Origin: Deltaproteobacteria bacterium
GTDB lineage: Bacteria > Myxococcota_A > UBA9160 > SZUA-336
NCBI GenBank assembly: GCA_004356455.1
Contig: SMWZ01000118.1
Location: 1 to 44,140, forward strand
DNA: 44,140 nucleotides
Direction of reading: 5' to 3'
Notes under the pieces: model-generated
The model's input: only the letters and a program-made list of their open reading frames with translations
Database searches by the model: none
Told to the model about the DNA's origin: nothing
Part shown: positions 19,321 through 27,877 of the stretch, piece after piece
Numbering within the stretch: the stretch's first letter is position 1
How the letters are laid out: each line of letters begins with the position of its first letter
Position numbers and translations under genes: made by a program

Positions 19321-19998
19321 ATGGCATGGATTCGAGTAGGAGTTATTGGACTGGTGTTCGTGCTGATCCCGGCGTGCACGCCGCAGGCCGAGGTCAAGCT
19401 CGAGACGGAAGACCAGAAGACGATCTACGCCCTGGGCCTGGGCCTGGCTAGAAACCTCGCGGTCTTCGAATTCAGCGAGGAGGAACTCGAGTTCGTGGTC
19501 GAGGGCATTCGGGACGGAGCGCTGAAGCGCCCGCCCAAGGTCGACGCGAAACAGTACCGGGCAAAGATTCAGACCCTGCAACGCTCGCGCCTCCAGGCGC
19601 AGGCAGAGGGCGAGAAGAGCGCGTCGCAGGCGTTTCTGGACAAGGAGGCCGGCATGGAAGGCGCCGAGCGCAGCACGTCGGGGCTGGTCTACCGGGAGCT
19701 CGAGGCTGGCAGCGGCGAGAGTCCCACAAAAAACAACACCGTCCGGGTTCACTACCACGGAACGCTGCGCGATGGAACGGTCTTCGACAGCTCGGTGGAT
19801 CGGGGCACACCGTTCGTCACCAAGCTGACCCGCGTGATCCCATGCTGGACCGAGGGCTTGCAGAAGATGCGTGTGGGCGGCAAGGCTCGACTCGTCTGCC
19901 CGTCTCAGATCGCATACCGCGACCGGGGCTCCCCCCCTCATATTAAGCCAGGCGCAACCATCGCCTTCGACGTCGAGCTGATCGAGATCGTCAAGTAG
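19321..19998 (+). CDS. FKBP-type peptidyl-prolyl isomerase (FkpA/Mip-like), probable lipoprotein
   Basis: LIPAC lipobox-like; VHYHGTLRDGTVFDSS, VIPCWTEGLQ, FDVELIEI. Confidence 0.93.
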   Translation: MAWIRVGVIGLVFVLIPACTPQAEVKLETEDQKTIYALGLGLARNLAVFEFSEEELEFVVEGIRDGALKRPPKVDAKQYRAKIQTLQRSRLQAQAEGEKSASQAFLDKEAGMEGAERSTSGLVYRELEAGSGESPTKNNTVRVHYHGTLRDGTVFDSSVDRGTPFVTKLTRVIPCWTEGLQKMRVGGKARLVCPSQIAYRDRGSPPHIKPGATIAFDVELIEIVK

Positions 19999-21703
19999 CG
20001 ACGGGTCTTGGGCGGCCGGAGCCCGCCAGGACCCCCACCAGCAGTGTGGCCAGGCCCAGACTGAGACCACTCCAGCCGAAGGCAGGCCGCCCCAGGAGAA
20101 GGCCGCCGGTGCCGAGCAGGAGCGCGTAGACGCCCAGCGTCGCGCACGCCACCTCGACCCACGGCCATACGCCCAGGGGCTGCCCCTTTTCGCCGAGCGT
20201 GGCGGCGACCGGTCCCCACCAGCCTGCCGGCCGCACCCTTTCGTAAAAGGCGCGCAGGCAGGCGGGCTCCTCCGGCGAGGTCAACCAGGTGAGTGCGAGC
20301 GCGAAGGGGACGGAGATCGCGACCACCAACGCAAGCGAGAAGGGGAAGGGAATGTCCGTGAAGAGGAAGAGCCCGTTTGCGAGCAGCAGCGATGCCGCCA
20401 TCACACCGATCTCGCTCCAGGCGTTGATGCGCCACCAGAGCCAGCGCAGCAGCACGATCAGCCCCGTGCCCGCGGAGATCGAGGCGAGGAACTTCCAAGC
20501 GCCCGAGATCGAGGGCATGGCCAGCGTGGCCAGGGCCCCCAGGGCGGCCAGCAGGACGACACTCGCGCGGGCCACGCGCATGAGCGCTAGCTCGGAGGCC
20601 CCGGGTCTCAGAAAGCGCCGGTAGACGTCGTGTGTCAGGTACGACGCGCCCCAGTTGAGCTGGGTATCGATGGTGGACATGTACGCGGCAAGCAGACTCG
20701 CCACCATCAGTCCGCGTAGACCGTTCGGGAGCTGGTCCAGCATCACGCGCACGTACCCGGCCTCCGGATCTTCCAGCCCGGGATGCACGACGAAGGCGAA
20801 GAGCCCCACCAGAATCCACGGCCAGGGGCGCAGGACGAAGTTGGCGACGGCGTACCAGATGGCCGCGAGACGGGCGTGCCGTTCGTCCCGGGTCGCCAGC
20901 AGACGCTGGGCAATGTAGCCACTGCCATCGGTGTTTCCGCTCGACCAGCCCTTGACCGCGACGTAGATCACGAAGGCCCAGAAGGCCTCCCGCTCGGGCG
21001 GCACCAGCGCCAGGGTGCGGCTCGCGGCCCGCGTGCCGTGCACCAGTCCCAGCTGCTCGATCAAGCTCCCCAGCCCCCCGGCGGCTCCGACGGCCAGGAC
21101 CGCGAGCAGGATCGAGCCCACCATCGCGAGCGTGAACTGAAGCACGTCCGTCAGCACCACACCCCATAGGCCGGAGAGCAGCGTGTAGCTCAGGGTGAGC
21201 GCAAACAGGCCCGCCAGCACCCAGCTTCCAGTGGCGGGATCCAGGCCCAGCGCAAGCTGAAGCACCTTGAGCATGGCCAGGTTCACCCATCCGATCACGA
21301 TCGCGTTGCGCAGGACGCCGAAGTAGAGCGCTCGAAAGAGTCGCAGGCCCGCGGCGCTACGGCCTCCGTAACGAAGCTCAATGAGCTCGTTGTCGGTGAG
21401 GACCCCGCTGCGGCGCCAGAGATGCGCGATCAGGAACGCGCCCAACATGGCGGGCAGCACGTCTGCCCACCAGAACCAGTTGCCCGCGATGCCCTCAGTA
21501 GCCACCAGCCCGGCAATCGCCAGAGGCGTATCCACGGCGAAGGTAGTGGCAACCATCGACGTGCCTGCGAGCCACCACGGAAGGCCGCGCCCGGCCGCAA
21601 AGAACTCCTCAGTGCTCGAGCCGGCGCGGCGCGCGTGCCACGCGCCCCAGGCGAGGGTCACGAGCAGATAGCCCGCCACCAGGATCCAATCCAGGTCCGT
21701 CAG
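19991..21703 (-). CDS. Sodium:solute symporter (SSS family)
   Basis: FFAAGRGLPWWLAGTSMVATTF, QRLLA, AAYMSTIDTQLNWGASY; start uncertain (CTG 21703 or GTG 21679). Confidence 0.9.
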   Translation of the reverse strand: MTDLDWILVAGYLLVTLAWGAWHARRAGSSTEEFFAAGRGLPWWLAGTSMVATTFAVDTPLAIAGLVATEGIAGNWFWWADVLPAMLGAFLIAHLWRRSGVLTDNELIELRYGGRSAAGLRLFRALYFGVLRNAIVIGWVNLAMLKVLQLALGLDPATGSWVLAGLFALTLSYTLLSGLWGVVLTDVLQFTLAMVGSILLAVLAVGAAGGLGSLIEQLGLVHGTRAASRTLALVPPEREAFWAFVIYVAVKGWSSGNTDGSGYIAQRLLATRDERHARLAAIWYAVANFVLRPWPWILVGLFAFVVHPGLEDPEAGYVRVMLDQLPNGLRGLMVASLLAAYMSTIDTQLNWGASYLTHDVYRRFLRPGASELALMRVARASVVLLAALGALATLAMPSISGAWKFLASISAGTGLIVLLRWLWWRINAWSEIGVMAASLLLANGLFLFTDIPFPFSLALVVAISVPFALALTWLTSPEEPACLRAFYERVRPAGWWGPVAATLGEKGQPLGVWPWVEVACATLGVYALLLGTGGLLLGRPAFGWSGLSLGLATLLVGVLAGSGRPRPVAT

Positions 21704-21809
21704 CGCGAAGACCCCCGGGGAGTGGATTTAGCGCAAACGCAAACGCTTGGCGTGATATGAGAGAATCGGAAACCCTCGCGCGACGTAAGCGCCGCCAGCA
21801 GGAGGTCCC

Positions 21810-22472
21810 ATGATTCAGCTCTACACCGCCCCGACCCCCAACGGTTGGAAGGCCTCGATCATGCTTGAAGAGCTCGGGGCCCGCTACAGCGTGCGGCCGA
21901 TTCGACTCGACCAAGGCGAGCAGAAGGAGCCCTGGTTCCTGGAGCTGAACCCGAACGGCCGCATTCCCGTGATCGTCGACACCGAAACCGAAAACTTCGT
22001 CGTCTTCGAATCGGGAGCCATCCTGATCTATCTAGCCGAGAAGCACGGCCGCTTCCTGCCAACCGATCCCAAGGCGCGCTGCGAGGTAATCCAATGGCTC
22101 ATGTTCCAGATGGGAGGCGTGGGACCCATGCAGGGACAGGCGCACGTCTTCCTCCGTTACGCGCCGGAGAAGATCGAGTACGCCATCAAGCGCTATCAGG
22201 GGGAGACCGCTCGGCTCTACGGCGTTCTCAACGCGCGGCTGAAGGATCGCGAATATCTGGTGGGGGAGTACTCGATCGCCGACATCGCGACCTGGCCCTG
22301 GGTGCGCCTGCACGGCTGGGCCGGTGTGGAGATCGACGATCTCACCCATCTAAAACGCTGGTGCGAGACCATGGAGAAGCGCCCCGCGGTGCAGCGCGGC
22401 TTCGAAGTCCCCGGCAGCGATCCCGAGGCGCAGCGCCGCTGGCTGAAGGAGTTCCAGAAGGGCAATGCCTAA
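21810..22472 (+). CDS. Glutathione S-transferase, YfcG/YghU (Nu-class)-like
   Basis: [38 protein letters not shown]. Confidence 0.92.
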   Translation: MIQLYTAPTPNGWKASIMLEELGARYSVRPIRLDQGEQKEPWFLELNPNGRIPVIVDTETENFVVFESGAILIYLAEKHGRFLPTDPKARCEVIQWLMFQMGGVGPMQGQAHVFLRYAPEKIEYAIKRYQGETARLYGVLNARLKDREYLVGEYSIADIATWPWVRLHGWAGVEIDDLTHLKRWCETMEKRPAVQRGFEVPGSDPEAQRRWLKEFQKGNA

Positions 22473-22497
22473 CGCCCTCCGGGGAGGCGCCAACGCA

Positions 22498-22668
22498 GTC
22501 CGGCGCCCGCGCGCAGGCGACAAGGCAAAGCGGAGCTTTGCCGTGCCGGCAGGCGGGCTTGACCCGCCGATACCCGGCCAGTCGCGCTCGCCGATAACGC
22601 GCTACCTGGGCGCCGACAAAGTCCGGCGCCCGCGCGCAGGCGAGCTTAGCTCGCCGATAACGCGCTAG
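22498..22668 (-). repeat. Cluster of REP-like units between convergent genes
   Basis: gtccggcgcccgcgcgcaggcga at 22498-22520 and 22621-22643; gctcgccgataacgcgcta at 22586-22604 and 22649-22667; ends in CTAG abutting the symporter stop. Confidence 0.8.
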
Positions 22669-24354
22669 TTAGTGAGGCAGGCGGATCTCCGCTACCAGCG
22701 CTTGGACTTGGGCGGGAGGTCGCGGGGTTAGCCAGCTGACCACGGTCGTCACCGCGAAGTTGAGTAGCATCCCGACGGTACCGATCCCCTCGGGGCTGAT
22801 CCCGAAGAGCCACTCGGACTCGCCAGCGCCGCGGTTGAAGAAGCGGAAGTAGATGATGTACCCGGCCGTGAACAGGATGCCGCTCAGCATACCCGCGATC
22901 GCGCCCTGCTTCGTGGTGCGCGCGCTGAACACACCCAGCACCAGGATCGGGAAGAAGCTGGCCGCCGCCAGCCCGAAGGCGAAAGCAACCACCTGCGCCA
23001 CGAAGCCCGGAGGGTTGATGCCGAAGTAGCCCGCCACCAGCACCGCGACACCCGCCGTCCAGCGCGCGAGCAGCAGCTCCTGACGCTCGCTCATGTCCGG
23101 CCGCAGCATCGATTTCACGACGTCGTGCGAGATCGACGAGGAGATGACGAGCAGAAGCCCGGCAGCGGTAGAGAGCGCGGCGGCCAGCCCGCCAGCCGCG
23201 ACCAGAGCCACCACCCACGCGGGCAGCCGTGCGATCTCGGGGTTGGCCAGAACGATGATGTCGCGATCGATCACGAGCTCGTTGCGCGATTCGTCCCCGC
23301 TGTAGTTGATGATTCCATCCCCGTCCTTGTCAACGAACCGTATGAGTCCGGTCTTCTCCCAGCTCGTGAACCACTCGGGCGCATCCGCGTAGCTCGCGCC
23401 GTGCAGGGTCTGGATCATGTTCACCCGCGCGAAAGTCGCCACCGCGGGCGCGGTCGTGTACAGGAGCCCGATGAATACCAGCGCCCACACCGCACTCCAG
23501 CGTGCCGCGCGCGGGCTCGGCACGGTATAGAACCGGATCAGCACATGCGGCAGACCGGCGGTCCCGACCATGAGGGCCATGGTGATCGCGAGCACATCGA
23601 TCATCCCCTTCTTCCCCGCCACGAAGGCGGCGGTGTACTCGGGCAATCCCAGATCGCGATGGATCGCATCGATCGCCTGGAGCAGGTACATGCCCGCATT
23701 CGGTCCTTCCGTGATCTTGGAGCCAAATCCGAGCTGTGGGATAGGATTTCCGGTCATTTTCCAGGAGATGGCAACGGCGGGAATCAGGTACGCAACGATC
23801 AGGACCGAGTACTGCGCCACCTGCGTGTAGGTGATCCCGCGCATACCGCCGAGCGTGGCGTAGAGGAGCACGAGCGCCATGCCAGCGATGACGCCCGTGT
23901 TGACATCCACCTCGAGGAAGCGCGAGAAGACTATGCCTACGCCGCGCATCTGACCGGCGATATAGGTGAACGAGATAAAGATCGCGCAGAACACAGCCAC
24001 AAGCCGCGCGGCCTGTGAATAATAACGATCGCCCACGAACTCGGGCACCGTGTACTTGCCGTACTTTCTCAGATAGGGAGCGAGCAGCAGGGCCAGCAGC
24101 ACGTAGCCTCCGGTCCAGCCCATGAGATAGATCGCGCCGGTATAGCCCATGAACGAGATCAACCCTGCCATGGAGATAAAGGAGGCGGCGCTCATCCAGT
24201 CGGCAGCGGTCGCCATGCCGTTGGCCAGAGGGGACACGCCCTGCCCCGCCACGTAGAAGCCGGAAGTGGAGCTGACGCGACTGAAAAAGGCGATCCCGAT
24301 GTAGAGTGCGAAGGTGAGCCCGACGATGATGTAGGTCCACGCCAGTATGCTCAC
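22669..24354 (-). CDS. actP: Cation/acetate symporter, ActP-like SSS family
   Basis: NGMATAADWMSAASFISMAG, GTAGLPHVLIRFYT, AAALSTAAGLL. Confidence 0.85.
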   Translation of the reverse strand: MSILAWTYIIVGLTFALYIGIAFFSRVSSTSGFYVAGQGVSPLANGMATAADWMSAASFISMAGLISFMGYTGAIYLMGWTGGYVLLALLLAPYLRKYGKYTVPEFVGDRYYSQAARLVAVFCAIFISFTYIAGQMRGVGIVFSRFLEVDVNTGVIAGMALVLLYATLGGMRGITYTQVAQYSVLIVAYLIPAVAISWKMTGNPIPQLGFGSKITEGPNAGMYLLQAIDAIHRDLGLPEYTAAFVAGKKGMIDVLAITMALMVGTAGLPHVLIRFYTVPSPRAARWSAVWALVFIGLLYTTAPAVATFARVNMIQTLHGASYADAPEWFTSWEKTGLIRFVDKDGDGIINYSGDESRNELVIDRDIIVLANPEIARLPAWVVALVAAGGLAAALSTAAGLLLVISSSISHDVVKSMLRPDMSERQELLLARWTAGVAVLVAGYFGINPPGFVAQVVAFAFGLAAASFFPILVLGVFSARTTKQGAIAGMLSGILFTAGYIIYFRFFNRGAGESEWLFGISPEGIGTVGMLLNFAVTTVVSWLTPRPPAQVQALVAEIRLPH

Positions 24355-24363
24355 GGGCTGCCC

Positions 24364-24621
24364 TCAGTCCGCGCGGAAGCGGCCATCTACGCGATCCATC
24401 CAACACGCGTACACGAAGATCAGTAGGATGAAGATGTAGATGGCGCCCTGCTGAGCGAACCAGAAGCCCAGGGGGAACCCAGCGATCTGGATACGGTTCA
24501 GAAGCTCGACCCCCAGGATCCCCAGCCCAAAGGCGGTGAAGAACCAGATCAGCAGCAGGAGGGTCAGGATGCGCAGGTTGGCCCGCCAGTAGCGCGCCTC
24601 GTCGACCCGCCTGTCCGCCAC
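24364..24621 (-). CDS. DUF4212 small membrane partner of ActP-like symporter
   Basis: YWRANL...GFPLGFWFAQQG; RBS GAGGAGGAG before GTG 24621. Confidence 0.88.
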   Translation of the reverse strand: MADRRVDEARYWRANLRILTLLLLIWFFTAFGLGILGVELLNRIQIAGFPLGFWFAQQGAIYIFILLIFVYACWMDRVDGRFRAD

Positions 24622-24736
24622 CGCTGCTCCTCCTCGGCCTCGAAGGCCGGCGCGAGCGGTTGTACTGGAGCCCTCGACGGGAGTCAAATCGGAGGGCGCT
24701 GCGGCCCGCCGCAGAATGCGCTAAAAGGCCACGCCC

Positions 24737-27061
24737 ATGTGGCGGCCCGGCAGCAAGCTCGCTCATCCCTTCAACCCCGAGCTCGGCGTGGGCGTCGTGC
24801 GCTCGGTCGAGGGACGCTTTTTGGTGGTCTATTTCCCCTCCGCCGAGCGCGAGCTTACGCTGGCGGCGGAGGGCGCGGGGCTGACCCGCCTGATCCTGCC
24901 CGAAGGCGGCCGCGCGCGCTTGCTCGCGAGCGGAGAGGAGGTAAGGATCGCGCGCAGTATTGAGCACCGCTACCTGCTCAGCGACGGCCGCGAGGTGGAC
25001 GATGCGGATCTCTGGCCGCTCGAGCCCACGGATTCCCCGATCGAGCGACTCGCGGCCCAGCGGCTGGATGCGCTCGCGGATTTCCGCAACCGCATTGACG
25101 GACTCAAGCTGATGACACTGCGCGAAGCGGGCGGCCTCGGCAGCTTCCTGGGGGGGCGCATCGAGCTCTTCCCCCACCAGCTCCACACCGCGTTGCGGGC
25201 GGTCGAGCAGGAACCGGTGCGCTGGCTTCTGGCCGATGAGGTTGGGCTGGGCAAAACCATCGAAGCCTGCCTGATCATCTCCGCGCTCGTGCGCACGGGT
25301 CGTACGCGCGGGGCGCTGATCGTCGCCCCCAGCACACTCACGGTACAGTGGCTGGGCGAGCTCTACCGGAAGTTTCATCAGATCTTCGTGCTGCTGGACC
25401 ACGACCGCATCGAGAGCGTGGAGACGGACTTCGGGGAGGGCCTGAATCCCTTCGATGTTCATCCGTTCGCGGTGATCTCGATGGAGATGTTGGGCTCCGA
25501 CCGGCGCCTCGCCCGGCTGGCCGCAGAGGTGAGTCCCGAGCTCGTGGTCGTGGACGAAGCCCATCGCCTGGCGCAGGACAGGTTCAAGAACGCGCTCTCG
25601 CCGCTGGTAGCCAACGCACGCCACGCCCTGCTACTGACGGCGACGCCGCTCCAGGCGGACCGACGCGGCTTCTGGCAGCTGCTCTCCCTGCTGCAGCCCG
25701 ATCACTTCTGCGCTTTCGAGGAGTTCGAGCGCGCGCTCGAGCGTAGCAACACGGTCGTGCCGTGTACGAGTGCCGTACGCCGCGTGGACCTGGGCGGTCT
25801 GCCGCCCCGCCGGCCCCGCGCGATCGACCTTCCGCCGCCGGACAAGGCGGTCTCACGCGATCCCCGCGCACGTTGGATCGCGGACCACGTTCGTGTGTGG
25901 TTCGAGCGGCGTGAGAAGGTGCTGATTTTCCTGCACGAAGCCAAGGAGCTGGAGACACTGAAGAACTTCCTCGAGACGAGCACGCGTACGCGCATGATGG
26001 TCTTTCACGAGGGACTCTCGGCCGTGCGCCGCGACATAGAGGTTGCGGGCTTTCGCGAGAGTCAGGCCCCGGTGCTGCTGTGCTCGGAGGCCGGCGCCGA
26101 GGGACGTAACTTCCAGTTCTGCGACCGCATGGTCCACTACGATCTGCCCTGGGATCCGGTCGTGCTCGAGCAGCGCATCGGACGCCTCGATCGTATCGGA
26201 AGGACAAGCGACGTGGAGATCATCTACTTCCGGCACGAGGGAGCGAGCCCGGACGTGGCCCGTCTGTACGAACGGCTGGACCTCTTCTCCCGACCGAGCG
26301 CCGCTCTGGACGTCGCGCTAACACCTGTCCGGCAGGCGCTCAAGGCGGCGGACGGCGGCGAGCTCGCGCTCAACATGGACCAGCTCATCGCGCGCGTGGA
26401 CGCGGCACGCAAGGCCCTGGGGTACGACGTGTCTCGGGTCGTCTACCGCGACGGCTACGACCGCTCACGCGATGCGGAGATTCTGGCTCGGGTTCCCCCC
26501 GACCTGGAGCTGCGCACGCGCAGCTTCTGCGTCGAGGCCGCTCACCGACTGGGACTCAAGGTGGTGGAGAAGGTGGGGCGCGCACTCTACTACATCGAGC
26601 TGGGCGAGCATGCGACGGTGGATTCCCTGCCAGGCGTTGCGGGCGGAACCCGCTACCTCGGCACCTTCGATCGACTCGAGGCCATCCACAAGGACGAGGT
26701 CGATTTCTTTGCCAGCGGTCACGCCCTGGTCGAGGGTCTACTGCTCGAGCTGGAGGACGGGCCGCGCGGGCGCAGCTGCCTGTTCGAAGTACCCGGGGAC
26801 GGCACGGAGGGGGTGGGGCTGCTCTGTCTGTACAAGGAGGGGCCCCGCTGGCAAGCGCGGGTGGTCGACCGCGAGGGCAAGCCCGAGCCGGCCTGGGCCG
26901 AGCGCGTGCTGCAAGCGCTGCCCGCCGCCCGCTCCCTCCAGCCCGATGAGCTGGAGCTTGGGGACGACTGGGTCACGAGCGTGCGCGCCATGGGAGCTCA
27001 GCTCGAGCGTGCGGGCGCGCGGGGTCAGCTGGTCGCTGCGGCGCTCTTCCGCTTCAGCTAA
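24737..27061 (+). CDS. SNF2-family helicase, RapA/HepA-like
   Basis: PELGVG N-terminus, LFPHQL, LLADEVGLGKTIEA, DEAH, LTATP, EGRNFQ, LEQRIGRLDRIG. Confidence 0.88.
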   Translation: MWRPGSKLAHPFNPELGVGVVRSVEGRFLVVYFPSAERELTLAAEGAGLTRLILPEGGRARLLASGEEVRIARSIEHRYLLSDGREVDDADLWPLEPTDSPIERLAAQRLDALADFRNRIDGLKLMTLREAGGLGSFLGGRIELFPHQLHTALRAVEQEPVRWLLADEVGLGKTIEACLIISALVRTGRTRGALIVAPSTLTVQWLGELYRKFHQIFVLLDHDRIESVETDFGEGLNPFDVHPFAVISMEMLGSDRRLARLAAEVSPELVVVDEAHRLAQDRFKNALSPLVANARHALLLTATPLQADRRGFWQLLSLLQPDHFCAFEEFERALERSNTVVPCTSAVRRVDLGGLPPRRPRAIDLPPPDKAVSRDPRARWIADHVRVWFERREKVLIFLHEAKELETLKNFLETSTRTRMMVFHEGLSAVRRDIEVAGFRESQAPVLLCSEAGAEGRNFQFCDRMVHYDLPWDPVVLEQRIGRLDRIGRTSDVEIIYFRHEGASPDVARLYERLDLFSRPSAALDVALTPVRQALKAADGGELALNMDQLIARVDAARKALGYDVSRVVYRDGYDRSRDAEILARVPPDLELRTRSFCVEAAHRLGLKVVEKVGRALYYIELGEHATVDSLPGVAGGTRYLGTFDRLEAIHKDEVDFFASGHALVEGLLLELEDGPRGRSCLFEVPGDGTEGVGLLCLYKEGPRWQARVVDREGKPEPAWAERVLQALPAARSLQPDELELGDDWVTSVRAMGAQLERAGARGQLVAAALFRFS

Positions 27062-27788
27062 ATGCCGCCTGGCGCAGGCGCTCGGCGGCGACTGCCGCCA
27101 CCGCGGCCTGTAGGTTGTAGGAGGGAATGAAGCCGGACGTGGGAATCCGCACCAGGCTGTCGCAGCGTTCGAGTACTGGCGCCGGAATCCCATGGGTCTC
27201 GCCACCCACGACGAATAGCACCCGGCCCGTGAGATCCACCTCCCACGGCGCCTGCGTGCCCACGTCTTCGATGCCCACGATACGACGGCCCGCCTCCTGC
27301 GCACCCGCCAGCACCACGTTGGCGCGTTCCCAGAGCACGGGCATGTACCAGTCCGCGCGCATCGAGAAGCGCAGCGCAGCCTTGCGCTTCGCGCGATCGA
27401 GCTCGGCGTCGATTACGACCCCGTCGGCGCCCGACACCTCGGCCGTGCGCGCTACCATCCCGATATTGCCCGGATAGGTCGTGCCGACGAGCAGCCAGAC
27501 CGCGCCCGGCCCCGCCAGCACCTGCTCCAGGTCGCCACCGGGCGTGCGACCGAGCAGGGCAAGCACCTCGCCCACAGGCTCGACCTGGCTCATGCGCCGC
27601 AGTACGTTCGCGCTCGCTTCACGCACTGGAACTCCAGCCGCACGCGCGCGCAGAGCGAGCTCCTGCACGGCCTCGTCCTTGGCGTCCTTCTGCACCAGCA
27701 GCAGCGCCACGGGTGCACCCTCGCGCAGCGCGGCGTCTATGCTTGACACACCGCTGAGCTGAAGGATCCGCGTCTCCGGCCGAGCCAT
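27054..27788 (-). CDS. TrmH/SpoU family RNA methyltransferase
   Basis: PGNIGMVARTA, VGGETHGI, VRIP...SYNL SPOUT motifs. Confidence 0.88.
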   Translation of the reverse strand: MARPETRILQLSGVSSIDAALREGAPVALLLVQKDAKDEAVQELALRARAAGVPVREASANVLRRMSQVEPVGEVLALLGRTPGGDLEQVLAGPGAVWLLVGTTYPGNIGMVARTAEVSGADGVVIDAELDRAKRKAALRFSMRADWYMPVLWERANVVLAGAQEAGRRIVGIEDVGTQAPWEVDLTGRVLFVVGGETHGIPAPVLERCDSLVRIPTSGFIPSYNLQAAVAAVAAERLRQAAFS

Positions 27789-27798
27789 GGAGTCCAGT

Positions 27799-27858
27799 CT
27801 AGCCCGGATATTTCACCGGGTTGCCCTAGTAGGCCACCCGGTGAGATTTCCGGGCTTA
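27799..27858. repeat. Approximately 60-bp imperfect palindrome (REP/MITE-like hairpin)
   Basis: Arms 27801-27825 and 27832-27856 match at 22/25 positions; loop CTAGTA; CTAG at left end. Confidence 0.75.
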
Positions 27859-27877
27859 CTTCCTGCCAACTCCCTGC

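Noticed and set aside
23330-25624. 764-aa minus-strand ORF
   Set aside because: Off-frame over actP/DUF4212 and antisense to the helicase; Arg/Gly-rich with no coherent domain
24737-27788. SNF2 helicase plus methyltransferase as a DISARM/BREX-like defence locus
   Set aside because: The methyltransferase is a SPOUT RNA enzyme on the opposite strand, the helicase is RapA-like, and no other defence genes are nearby
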